DNA of 63,160 bases, filler included, from Choristocarpus tenellus KU-1152 (lineage: Eukaryota > Protista > Phaeophyceae), in assembly GCA_964200185.2 (NCBI GenBank). It is 11 parts of 11 records of this genome, joined end to end, with 100 filler letters (N's around TTAATTAATTAA, not from the genome) between each part and the next. Parts side by side here need not be neighbours in the genome. Positions count along the whole stretch, not along the records: positions 26,569 to 35,841 come from CAXNAD020003826.1; positions 35,942 to 41,504 come from CAXNAD020010413.1; 9 more parts are not named here. The stretch is one strand, 5' to 3'. Each line of letters starts with the position of its first letter. Positions within the stretch are counted from its first letter, which is position 1. Below the pieces are notes generated by a model that made no database searches, was not told the origin of the DNA, and saw only the letters and a list, made by a program, of their open reading frames with translations. Shown one piece after another: positions 27,497 through 39,387 of this stretch. Position numbers and translations under genes: made by a program.

Positions 27497-28881
27497 CCAT
27501 TCAGCTGTGTAGAAATCTCCCATGTGTCGGAGTTGATCAAGCTGCCTCTTGAGAAGGTGGAGCTGAAGCTGAGCCAAATGATCCTGGACAAGAAGCTTCT
27601 TGGGATCCTTGACCAGGGACGGGGTCAGCTCATTATCTACGAGGATACTCGAGATGATAAGGTGGGCAATGAAGCTATTTTGTTGGATAATTGTCTTGAG
27701 TTGACTGACCAATAGAAACGGCGAATTGACCGGTGCAGTTGAAGTTCCGCTTGCAATAGGTGTGTGAATTATTTTTGGTCTTGTTGTGCAGGGTGTTCTT
27801 TTTTGTTAGTGAATGGTAGTCTCTTTCCTTATCCTTTCATCACTGACCTACCCAGTTGCTTGTCAGTGGTTGTAGCGATGGTGTATCTGAGAGTATAGAT
27901 TTTATCCTACATACATACATGTTTAAAAGTGTGTTTGGTTCAGCAGTGCCAGACCCCGTTGTACTCTGCTGTTGATCATAGTTTTGAATACCCTTGTGCT
28001 GGCTTTTGTATTATTTCAAGTGAGTCGTAGCAACTCTCATACCTACAATATGGAGACGCAAGACTCACTGCTTAGACCAGTCTTTGCGGGGAGAATTTGA
28101 CCCCAATGATGGAATGTAGAAGATAGTAAATTGGAAGGGAAAATATCATTATAGTTGCTTAAGCCTTTTGATTGGTGGATATATTTGGTCAGGAGGAGAA
28201 AAGAAATCTTCCAAGAAGTGCCCAAAGTGCTTCTCTTAGCTTGTCGTTGATTCACCTGCCCACCCCCTCCTACCATCCATAGATATATTACTATTTTATT
28301 TTGCTTGAGTCAGAGTTAAAGGTTACTGACTGAATCTTACATGCTTTTCTTTGTTGATACAACAGCGACTTCCTGGAATTAGGATATGTCTTATGCCGGC
28401 GGACATCAAGTTCCCTTTTCAAAGAAATATATAAATATCATCTTATTATAGATGTCAAAACTTAATCGTATCGTGATCTCATCGTTATCTAAAATTTGAA
28501 CTAACCCTAACCCTAAGTATGCCAACAAAATACTTGTTATTTTCAACAGCATTGACACTACCTAACTCTTATTTTACTACCTCTTTAGTATTTCCCAAAA
28601 TGTGTTTTGAATCACTCTGTATGTATGTGTGTGTGCGTATTCATAGTAATCCATCTCTTATTTTTTTCCCTCAACTAAGTACTCCCATTAGTGTGATTGT
28701 TGCTAACAGTCAGCAGTGATGGTTCACCTCTAGTGATGATTCCCCCGCTGTTGTTATTATTTGTATTGTGTCCTCGTACTGACAGGTCTTCACAGACGGT
28801 CTGGAGGTGATCGCCAACATGGGAAATGTTGTGGACAGCCTGTTCCTTAGGGTGCAAAATAATCTGGTGCCCACAGCGTGA
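27497..28881 (+). CDS. RPN6: 26S proteasome regulatory subunit RPN6/PSMD11, last two exons (27497-27661 and 28786-28881)
   Basis: [55 protein letters not shown]|[31 protein letters not shown]: PCI winged helix with [16 protein letters not shown] plus C-terminal helix. Confidence 0.95.
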
Positions 28882-29867
28882 TACCAGGCTTTTGGGGGGC
28901 ATCACCTCTTAGTAGTTTGTGTTCCTTGTTCTATTTTGTCCTCAACATGCCCACTTAGGTTGTTTCGTCCTTTGGGGACTGAGCAAGGTAGGGAATGTGT
29001 AGTGGAGTTAGGGGGGTTGCAACAGGAAGTGGGTAAATTGGGTTCGAGGGGGACCTTATAACTTGACCAGCTCTGCGCAATAGGGAAGCTGCTGATGCCT
29101 TCTCTGATGAGGGGTGAGAGTAGATGGCTTGTTTCCTGAAGGAATGTAGGAGGCCTTGTCTCTAAGGGTAGGCAGGAGGGGCATTAGTGTGCTGAAGCCT
29201 TCAACAGTGGTATTATCGTTGTTGCCAGAGTACCTTTGCTTGACAATACCTTTCTTTGTCTGAGCATTAGCCAGTGTTGTGTTGAGCTCCCCACCATGCG
29301 CTACACTCTCTGTACTGTTGACGCCTCACCGTGATCGTGTGGAACTCTGCTGGAAGGGGTTAATCTGCTGTGAAGTAATTCTACCTGACATTGTTGGAAC
29401 TTTCTGCTCATCTCACTAGAAGAAATAGAGGGCTTGATGGATCAAATAGTAACAACTGGTTATGTATGTGGATGTTTATAATTCAAAAATGCGCGCTCAA
29501 TAAAAGGACACACATGACCAGTCCTCTTTTCTATTTTTATTTTGTGCTCTGCGAGGAGGTACATTGTGTGTGTGCTGCAAACAATGTTGGGTGTTGTGAT
29601 CCTATCATATTTTTGAAAGATTAATCTTCGCAATAGAATGAAGGGCCCCAGAGCCGTGGTGGAGAGGTAGTCGGAAGATGGCAAACATACGCTGCCTGAG
29701 AGATACAGGAAGTACTTGTAAGAGAATAAAATATAGTAAAGAAAAAATGGACAAAGAGGGAGAAAGGGCTCAGCATACCTGCGAGGCTAATAAAGGGAGC
29801 AGGTGTAACGTACTCAGACCCAAGAATTGAGTCATATGAGGTCCAGTCCAAAAAATATTTATGTTAC

Positions 29868-30125
29868 GAGTCAAAGCATTTAAGAGGGAAGGGCCACGTC
29901 CGTTCGGGATCCTAAACCCAATGTTGCGATTTTGATTCATTTTGGCTATCATGTTTGTTAGCAAGTGTCAATATACTTGCTCTGGACAGACCTTTCATAG
30001 TCGTACAAATTTTAGGTAATCGTGTTCACACAAAACGCCGAAAAAGGGCATAAGAAACCCGTGCAAAATCAAGCCCCGAATGGGCTAACAGGGCAAAACT
30101 CCGACCCTCTTAAATGCTTTGGATC
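29868..30125. mobile_element. MITE family A, full copy (inverted relative to 6650)
   Basis: GAGTCAAAGCATTTAAGAGGG / CCCTCTTAAATGCTTTGGATC. Confidence 0.9.
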
Positions 30126-30466
30126 TATTAAAGGGCTCAAGTGGTACTGGAAATGAGTACATGGCAGCACAGGTGGAACTTTGACGAGAACACCATTGTT
30201 CGACTGCTGAGTTTAGGGTCACTTTTGCGCAAATTGGAAGAGTTCTTTGAGAAGAGGACTCTCGTAGGGCTGAAACGGAAAATGGGAAAGGACAATGCGG
30301 ACTGTAGAGTTCATCAATGAAATCATAATAAGAACGACGTAGCCATGGTTTGCTTCCTTCCTAGCCCAGTCGCCTTGACTGAAATTGCTTTTGCTATCTG
30401 CAGGAACTGGTGCATAGGTGAGGGCCTACAGAAGATAAGCTGGGAAATATTCAGTTTCCACCCGTA

Positions 30467-31056
30467 ACAGCCGATTACAAAAATTGAGGATGGGCTTGAC
30501 CCAAAATTGACTGGGATAAAGTGTCGATATGTTTGTTTTTTTTAATGATGGGAGTGAGAACGGGTGTATGACAACTTAGCAGGGGTCTCGTAACATAGGG
30601 CCCCTATAATCCAACTCGTTTTCCAGTACATCCGTTTATAACCCAAGGTAGCACAGGTATACGATTTCTTGTCCACTACCCTATTTTTTACATTGACAAT
30701 CACAATTTGAGAGAATAGTTTTCAGAGAAAATAGTTTTTCTGATACAATATGCCATAACGGTTGATCTTAAGAGGTCACGCTGTTAATAAATCAAAAATC
30801 ACGAAGGACAACTCTTACGTATTTTAGTTACAGTAGTATATATTCACTTGTATGGCATTGTTGTTGCACTTGATTGTGTCTGAAACGGTGCTATAGCAGA
30901 TACTTCATTATATAAGTTTAACAGCCGATTTCAAAAATTGAGGATGGAGTTCACGTCAATAAAAAAAAAAAACATATCGACGCTTTATCCCAGTCAATTT
31001 TGGGTCAAGCCCATCCTCAATGAAAAGCTCCATCCTCAATTATTGAAATCGGCTGT
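30467..31056. mobile_element. Tc1/mariner-like non-autonomous element (family B) with long TIRs
   Basis: TA|ACAGCCGATT..AAAATTGAGGATGGGCTTGACCCAAAATTGACTGGGATAAAG is inverted at about 30962-31056|TA. Extra left end at 30921; related ends at 9612-9664 and 35788-35841. Confidence 0.85.
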
Positions 31057-31544
31057 TACATGGTGACAACCTACTACTGACGGTGTCAATGGGAGTTGAT
31101 GTGGATTGACACCCATATTGACCTCATCAACCAACCACTAAACAGTCCACTATATTTAGTTCGCTACAAATAAAACAACAGTACGGTACACAATGCTTTG
31201 CTACGTCATTTGAAGTATTGCCGCAGTATGTACCTTCCAGCAATACATGGTTTAATGCACACTCCAGAGTTATAGGTAGTATTGTGCCAGACCTCTAGCG
31301 ATCTACCTTAAGTTCATTCTATATATTAGTAGCATGGAGGAGACTGAGCGAAGTGATTGTGTATTAGGACCAACGCGTAGTTACTTCATTGGCTGAGTTA
31401 GTACTCAGGATGTGCTATAATCCTCAAGTTGAAACTACAACACATCGCGGCACAGTCAGTTGGTTGGTACTGTACACGCCGGTTGCATTTTCCACATGTG
31501 TAGGAGGAGGTACTGACAATAATAACGATACAAAGTCGACGTAT

Positions 31545-32218
31545 GGAGTCAGTTACGCACACGGTAGGGGGGGGAGGGGAAGGAGGCTACAGGAGGAAAG
31601 GGACTGTCAAATCCCGTCCACAACAGATAGTCTCTGTCACAACACAAGTAGCTCTAAGTGAACGTATCTTAGAGGGTATGAGTTTTGCCCTGTTTGTCCA
31701 TTTGGGGCTTGACTTCCCATCCATGGGTTTTTAATGACATTTTACCAACTCCAAAATGTTCCGGAGTAGGTAAAATATATACGTTATGAAAAGGTGTACC
31801 TGGAACAAGGATATTGACACCTCTTAACAAATATTTCATAGCCAAAATTACATCAAAATTGCAACATTGGATTTTGACCCCCAAATTGACTCGGCTCTAC
31901 CCTCTAAGATACTTTGTCTCTCTATTTAGACTTGCCGTGCGTTTTAAGCTGGAGACACCAGGGAAATGGGCAAGGAGGGGCTTGTTAGATTCTTGGGATG
32001 CTTCCCTAGCTCCTCACCCTTGGGTGATGGACTAATCTATGTTGGAGCTACAGGAGGGCAACGGTGTCGCATAGTTGGTAGTAAGACAGTAAATAGTTTA
32101 ATGGCTTTCGCATTTACGACAACTGTTACTTTTTTAGGGGTTATTCTGACATTTTAACTGTTTTCATTGGGTTTTCCTCTGACACATCTACAAAATGTCA
32201 GAGAGCATGGTAATAAAA
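31545..32218 (+). mobile_element. 5'-truncated RLE/CRE-like LINE, interrupted by MITE A
   Basis: RKGTVKSRPQQIVSVTTQVAL[MITE]FRLAVRFKLETPGKWARRGLLDSWD, then 3' UTR, stem-loop and TAATAA tail. Confidence 0.75.
31656..31920. mobile_element. MITE family A, full copy nested in a LINE, TCT duplication
   Basis: AAGTGAACGTATCTTAGAGGGTA / TACCCTCTAAGATACTTTGTCTC; removing it plus one TCT restores the LINE codon register. Confidence 0.92.
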
Positions 32219-32474
32219 GAATGTATGGATATAATATATCGAACACACAACAGTTGTTGGAAGTATGCAATACGAAGCAACACCTAAAATTTGAACACCT
32301 GGAATACACTGTACTGTTGTACTACTGTACTTCAAAACACAAGTTTGATGGTCTTATTGGTCCATATGCATTTTTGTACATTCCATGTGATCCTAATCCT
32401 GTATGTGGGTTGTAGTTAGAGGTCGGTAAAAACCAGTCCTTATTCTAGAGCCTCTAATAATAACGATGGTACAA

Positions 32475-32600
32475 AATGGATTAGGGTTTTTCACATTTAT
32501 GACATTTCACTTCTTTAGGGCTTACACTGAAAATGTCTATAGTTTTCGTTGGTTTTCCCCCTGACACATCTGGGAAATGTCAAAGGGCATAATAATAAAA
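32475..32600 (+). mobile_element. LINE 3' UTR fragment
   Basis: AAATGGATTAG..TTTCACATTTATGACATTT is shared with 35512-35545 and ends in the stem-loop plus ATAATAATAAAA. Confidence 0.75.
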
Positions 32601-33672
32601 TAACGATTGTACGTACTGGTGGTGCAGAGACAGCTGTGTGTTAGTTTCGTTTCAACACGCACACGTTAGTTTCAGAACCTGTGGTTTGTGGATAGTTGTA
32701 AAAGCGGGCTGCTCTGATACACAGAAAATGATCAATCGCAACAAGGACCAGACAGAGGAAAACAGAACTAGGCGAGGAACGATCTGCGCAGTGTGGCAAA
32801 TTGAAGTGAAAACAGTTATGACATGGACACACACACACACTACAAAGGCGAGATATTATGCCGTTAAGTTCGGAGTGGGTCATACGCCATGATAAGCTGC
32901 TTGCTGCCTGACTGGATGAAATATGTAGCAGGTTATTTATACTAGAGCAACTATTTGCCTACTCTTATGTTGGAGATTCAGATACTGTCAGGGTGGTAAC
33001 AAAGGAAAGCAGAGCACAATAGACAAAAAACACTGAAGGATCTTTACATAGTGCAGTGTGGCGCTATGGGGCACCTGGTGGTAAATAGTGAGAGCTCATA
33101 GGTCTACCTCAAAGCTGGGTTCTTCCCAACCACCCTTGACACGCCATGGCTGCTCACTTTGGCATGTCCGACTGATATGATGACTCAAACATTCCGTCGG
33201 TACGAAATCGACATCGGCATTTAATCATGCCAAAACAAGTCAACGTGTCTTACGTTGACCAGAATGTCTCTCCGTAGTGTTGTGGACAGTGCAAACTCAG
33301 AGTAGAATTCATCCAGATAGTAGTGTCTCTCCAAAGGATCACGCTCAAGTTTAGCAGAGTAAAAAATGGTCAATCCAGATAACAGTTTGTGCGAATGTGC
33401 TGTCCAAGAAGTATCTCGATGCTCAACATTTAGGAACAGAGACTACAGCTTTAAAGTGAAAACGACCTTCCTAGTCACACACGCACACACACTCCTCTGA
33501 TATGTGCATTGTGAACCAAATTTTTGCCATCCCTTTGGGCATGACTTCCAACAAAGACTCCTGCAAAGGCAATGGATAGTCTACAATGCTGCAAGACAAG
33601 TATGCAAGTACACAACAGTTCTTCTACCTAGACCACTAGACTACAAGGGAAAACACATGCCAGTCCGCCACT

Positions 33673-33932
33673 CACCCAAAGCATGTAGAGGGTAGGAGTT
33701 TTGCCCTTTTTGTCCGTTCGGGGCTTGGCTTCCCACTGTTTTTTTAAGCTCTTTTTCGGTTTTCTGTGTGAGCACAGTTATATAAAATGTATACAACTTT
33801 GAAAGGTGTGTCCGGAGCAAGGATATTGACACTTGCTGCTAACAAACACGATAGCCAAAATTCATCAAAATCGCAACATCGGATTTTGGACCCCAAATGG
33901 ACGCGGCCCTACCCTCTTAAATGCTTTGACTC
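33673..33932. mobile_element. MITE family A, full copy
   Basis: CACCCAAAGCATGTAGAGGGTAGG / CCTACCCTCTTAAATGCTTTGACTC; flanked by CACT/CACT. Confidence 0.9.
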
Positions 33933-35162
33933 CACTCTAGAAAATCTCTATCTCATCTCCTACCACCTATTGACACCACCAACGCCACATCTAGCTTCCT
34001 CCCCATTCCCAAAGAGGGGATTAGGACCTAGGCCTTCTTCCTCGCTGTTGACCTCCTTTTTTTCTCCTTCTCTACTGAGCTCTTGCCCCCACCATCTTCC
34101 CCTGACCTCACACCCCAATGGTCTCCCTCTCAGCTCTCGTCCCTATCCTCCTCATCTGAGCCTTGCCCCCCCTCATCCTCATCATCATGCCTATACTAGT
34201 CCTACAGAAGAGAGGCATTAGGGAAACAGAGACCAGAAGGACCGCTGTTGGGGGTCAGACGGATAGCCAATGGAATTTTTTCTCAATTATTGACCGATGT
34301 GGCTACCTTGGTGGGAAACTTTTTTGTTTCTTTACTTTCGTCTGGGGAATATCCCGACCCACCATCAGGGGCACTATTAGCACACACTGTACTACTTCTC
34401 ATACTAACCACTGTAACTAACTCCCGAATTGCGACTAACTGCACTGCCTCCATTCGCGCTTGCTTCTTGAGGGTTGGTGCTTCTTGAGCGTTGGGTTCAG
34501 CACTCCCACTGGTCGTAACTCTGTCTCCTCTCATTTATCTACTACTGGACCCACCTCGAGGCTGCCTTCTCGACCTTTGTCCGGCGTTTTTGTGGTATAA
34601 CGATAAGCAGTAAGGACAATACTAGTATAAAATCTATTATCCTTCCCTCATAAAACCGGATAATCGAAACCAGTGTAGCATGAAAAGAAACCTGGGGTTG
34701 ATGGAGTTCGAACAGGCAGATGTTTTGCACAATAATTTTCCACGCTGTTAACCCTCGAGTATCTGTTCCACTACTACCAATATGTACGCAACAGGTACCA
34801 CAAACCACAATGTAACTTGTATCTGCTTAACAAATCAATGGACAAAAATATTTACAAATATTTGTACGTAAATATTGAAGGAAGAGGTGAATATGTACAA
34901 AGGTATTGGGTACAACTCGACGTTGACGAATTATGTAAAATTCCGGATTTGTCGATATAACCTTGTTAGTTAAGAATGGACACATGATCTGTAGATATAC
35001 ATATGTATATAGTTTTCATTGGTTTCCCCCTGACACATCTGCAAAATGTCAGAGGGCATAATAATAAAATACCTGTAGATACCAGTCACCATACATTATT
35101 TATTAATATTATTTTCTCTCTCACATTTTGCAGCATACAGCATATCATCAAAGTATATAACA

Positions 35163-35600
35163 TAGTTATATAACCTCAACACCTTTGCGGTGGAAAGTTT
35201 TGGGCGCTTCGGCAAGCAAGCGGAATGCTTCCTGGATGAGCTGGCTACTCACATGGTAGGGGGGAGAGGGGCGGAGGATATAGCAGGAAAGAAGTAGTTA
35301 AGTCTCGGCTACGCCAAATTGTCTCGGTTACTACGCAAGTGGCACTTTCTAGATGCGTCTTACGTTTTAAGCTGCAATCACCAGGGACATGGGCATGGAG
35401 GGGTTTATTGGATTCTTGGGATGCCTCCCTCGCTCCTCCCCCGGGGCACAGGTTAGAGTAGATTGGAGACACAGGAAGGCAGTAGTACAAGATAGATAGT
35501 GATGAAGTAACAAATGGATTAGTGTCTTTCACATTTATGACATTTTATTTCTTCAGGGCTTATATGACACATCTCCAAAATGTCAGAGGGCATACTAGAA
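35163..35600 (+). mobile_element. Longest coding remnant of the RLE/CRE-like LINE, with extra 3' ends at 35008-35070 (+) and 35693-35790 (-)
   Basis: TFAVESFGRFGKQAECFLDELATHMVGG...RKEVVKSRLRQIVSVTTQVALSRCVLRFKL: the AVExFGxxG motif that follows the restriction-like endonuclease in CRE-type elements. Confidence 0.78.
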
Positions 35601-37410
35601 AAAATAGCACATCATCAAAATGTAAAAATAGTTGTGTTTATGTGTGAACAGAACACCATTTTGTATTTATTGTTGTACTCTTTGACATTGTGTATTTTAT
35701 TATTATGCCCTCTGAAATTTCGCAGATGTGTCAGGAGGGGGGAAACAAATGAAAACTATACATAATATGTCAGTATAAGCCCTAAGAACAGTGGACTATA
35801 AAAATTGAGGATGGAGCATACTATTGAGGATGGTTTTGACCNNNNNNNNNNNNNNNNNNNNNNNNNNNNNNNNNNNNNNNNNNNNTTAATTAATTAANNN
35901 NNNNNNNNNNNNNNNNNNNNNNNNNNNNNNNNNNNNNNNNNGGGGGGGTAAAAGGGAAAAGTGGATATATGTCACAAGGTTGATTCAACACAGAGTGAAG
36001 TGCCCTCCTGGTGGGTGTGCAAACAACGCTGGTCGCATTTTGCACCATGCATATTTGATATGTTTTAAAGGAGAGCTATCATGGCGCATTCCATATACAC
36101 GAGGAAGGCGTTTAGGTGGGCAAAGCTAGGGGTAGTTTGAGTACGATGTGAATCCTATGTATGCTTCTTAGAGTTGGGGTCACACCGGACATATGTAACA
36201 AGATAATATTGCGTGGGTGCGGCGAGAGTGTACTTGCATGGGCAGCAAAATGCTTTTTTTGGGGGGGGGAGAGCGGGGATTGTTTCGAGTGATGGGACTG
36301 GGTTGGAGCGGGAGAGAAGAAATGGGAAGGCGTCCATGATTCGGATGCAAATTGAACTTGCCCGACCTTGCGATTCATAGACTAGTAGTACATGTCCACG
36401 CAAATAGAATTTTCGAAATCTCTAATGGAGTCTCACCGTTAGTCTCCCATCCCCCCTCCCCTTCCTTGTCCTTGGCGTGGAAGGCCTCGCTATTTTGGGT
36501 TATTAGGATGAAGACCGTACCCATAGTTGTTGATATTTTTTTGGGGGGGGCAGGTCTGAGTTGAAGGTGTTACATGTAAGATGAATATAAGTTTATTTTT
36601 ATATTTGTGGGTTGTAGTTGTGTCTGGTTGTTTCTTGTTCCATTTTGATTTTTTTTTTCTCTATCGGGGTCATCTTGCTCCACTCTTTCCTCTATTTTTT
36701 CTTTTTTGATTGCACACTGCGTTTTTCACAATGTGTATGTGTGTGCGTTTTTTTCAGAAGAAAAAAAGAGATTGCAGAAGCTTTGGAGCAACCCTTTGGT
36801 TTTAGATAGCAAGTGTAAGCGACTAGTTGACTGTGCAGGCGTATTGTCTTTTAGGTGGGGGTTATATGATGGTGCTTGAGGTTAGGTAAATGTTTTCAAC
36901 ACATTGATTTGTTTTTTTTTATTGTTTGGGTTGGCAAATCAGTGAGAAGGAAGGCATCAGTTGTTTGTGCTTGTATGCTGTCGTTGCATTTTGCTGCACA
37001 AGTGCGACTGTCAGCATGCAGCTGCCTCGTTTGTTGTGATGTATTCACTTGCCACAATCTAGGGATTTACTCTAGATTCCCTGGCAGCCTGAAGATAGAG
37101 AGATTGATTGTTACTGTGCCCCTTCTATTGTAGCCAGAGGTGGCTGTGGATGCCTGCCTGGTATAGTAAATATTGTCATACTGATCCAGGAGATAAAGCA
37201 GTGACCACCTGGAACCCTGCACAAATGTGCAGCCAAAGGCATAAATGTAATTTGTCTTGTGTGCAGCTGTTCAAGTTTGATTGGGCTGATGTTGACCTTG
37301 CACTCTTCCATATATGCTCAAGTATATATATATACATAATTCATCTTGTTAAAATTCATACCCACGATAATAGGAGGAGCTTCTCATAACAATTCTGGAG
37401 CATTTGTACT

Positions 37411-38996
37411 CTACCTCTGTGCCATAAGTTTGTGCCGAGAAACGTCTAGGCTCACCGATCAAGGACGGCGCCAAATTGGATGATAACTCCCCAAAATGAA
37501 ATCGGGTTGACAATCTCAGCTTTCAGAATAGGTGAGGGTCGAGGATCATCAGGTACAAACTCAAGGCGCTTCAAGCAGTTGAAGTAGGGGTCTTTGAGGT
37601 GATTTTGAGGCCAGAACTGGGCACGTCGAGCAGAACATCAGCATGGCAACCCCCCCGTTGACCCCCCCACGTAGGAAGGATGCCCAAGTGTCCCTAAATA
37701 CCAGGGTTGCACTTGCAGTGCGGCACGCCCTTGCGATGGTCCCTGGTGAGCATTAATTGCTGTGACACGTTGGACCAGGCCTTGCAGCAGAGTTTGGAGT
37801 GTCGGAGTGTTACATGTGAGAGGGCTCTGTGAGGATGTCGCCGATCAGCTCGCCCGTGGCCACATGCTTGACCTAGGGGTAGTGGCATGTAGTGGGCGGC
37901 CTTAGGAACTCACACCAATCAAGATGGTCGCAATACATAGTATCAACTACGATAATCGGTCATTCACAGTGCGTCAGGTGACAATGAAGATGGTCGCCAA
38001 GGGGCTGAATTATAACACAAGCGCTATAAACAGGTGGTTGGATGATATGGGGGCCATGCCGAATCACCGCTGGATCAAACCCAAGCTTAAATCGTGGCAA
38101 AAGGTATGGAGAATGGACTTTATTTGCGATCAAGTGGACAAGGATGATAGCGACCTTCCAGGGTCCCCTATTACGCAACACAAGAGTCATATCCATAAAA
38201 CCGTTATCATTGCAGCCAATGCCCACCCAGATTCGACTCACAGCTTTGATGGGAAACTTAGTTTTTGACATGTGTATGCACCAAAAACGGCAGATAGGAC
38301 AAGCAAGAACCATAAAAAGGAGGATGTGTATGAGCAGTACTGTACTTTAAACCATTTGAGGTACAGGAAGTGGTACATGGAGGAGTTACTGCCCGCAATC
38401 AAGACTAAGATGCCTTGATTGCTGAGGAAGCACATTGTCATTCAGCAAGACAGTGCCACCCCCCACACGGGCAAGGACAACTCGGAAATCTTGTGAGGGG
38501 CAGGGAAGACTGCGGGGTGGTCGATTAGGCTTGTGATGCAGCCATCTAACTCCCCCAACCTCAATATTATGCACCTGTTCTTCTTCAGGTCTTTGAAATG
38601 CCGGGTGATGGAGGAGCGGTTTGGGTCCATTGAAGAGATGGTGAAGGTGATTAAGAAACAGTATGAGGAGTATGATGAAACCGCACTTGAGAGGGCTTGG
38701 CAGCTCCTTTTTGTGGTGTACAATCAAGTACTTAGATACAAAGGGGGGAATGACTTCAGTGTGGAACACACAGGGGTAAGGAAGAGGCAGTTGTCTGTTA
38801 AGCTTGAAAACACGCCAAAGGTAGACATGGAGGCTCTTTTTGTGGCTGATAAAATGGTGATGGATGGGGAGCAATAATGATAAAAAGAGCTGACCTACCA
38901 GAAATTCGTCAAGGATTCCAAATCTTCTTTCAGAAATGAATTTCATCATCTTTAAACATTATGGACAACGCGGCACAGACTTATGGCATGGCGTAG
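37411..38996 (+). mobile_element. Plant-type mariner with both TIRs; transposase pseudogenised
   Basis: TIRs CTACCTCTGTGCCATAAGTTTGTGCCG / CGGCACAGACTTATGGCATGGCGTAG|TA (cf. CTCCCTCCGT of Stowaway-type ends). Motifs FDGK, LLPAIKTKM, IVIQQDSATPH, QPSNSPNLNIMHLFFFRSL. Stops, frameshifts and an internal deletion. Confidence 0.93.
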
Positions 38997-39387
38997 TAAG
39001 AATTTGCAAGTTGTACTTGAAGAATTCCACCAATTTTCTTCTCTTCCTTGGAATTATTAACTCGTACCATTTTTGAGGATGGAATTTCATTACCTTACTT
39101 CCCCATCACATAATTTATTATGTATGTGTGATGAAACGATAAAGGTATGGGCATAGATGAGTATCTGCACAAAGAACTGTTCAACCAAGACTTTTATTAT
39201 TACACAAGTTTGGTTGAACTAACGGCAAAGAAAAATGCTTATTGACACGCGTGCAGGCAAGAAGCAATGCCTGAGGAGCAAGAGGTATGACTGGTGTCAA
39301 CCTCCAACGCTTGCCACTCCCTACGATGGTGTCAACAACACCGTGACTATTCCCGAGTGGACAGGAGTCAAATCCACCTGGGCTCCC

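Noticed and set aside
28501-28516. Telomeric (CCCTAA)n
   Set aside because: Only about 2.5 units, inside an RPN6 intron; too short to support.
33110-34534. Minus-strand gene start (MRGDRV...KKQARME) plus LRR-like exon GHAKVSSHGVSRVVGKNPALR
   Set aside because: Plausible, but I could not build a consistent spliced model.
35008-35760. TAG...CTA TIR transposon (Academ-like)
   Set aside because: Homology extends beyond the supposed terminus into LINE 3' UTR (35761-35790 matches 32510-32540), and there is no clean TSD.
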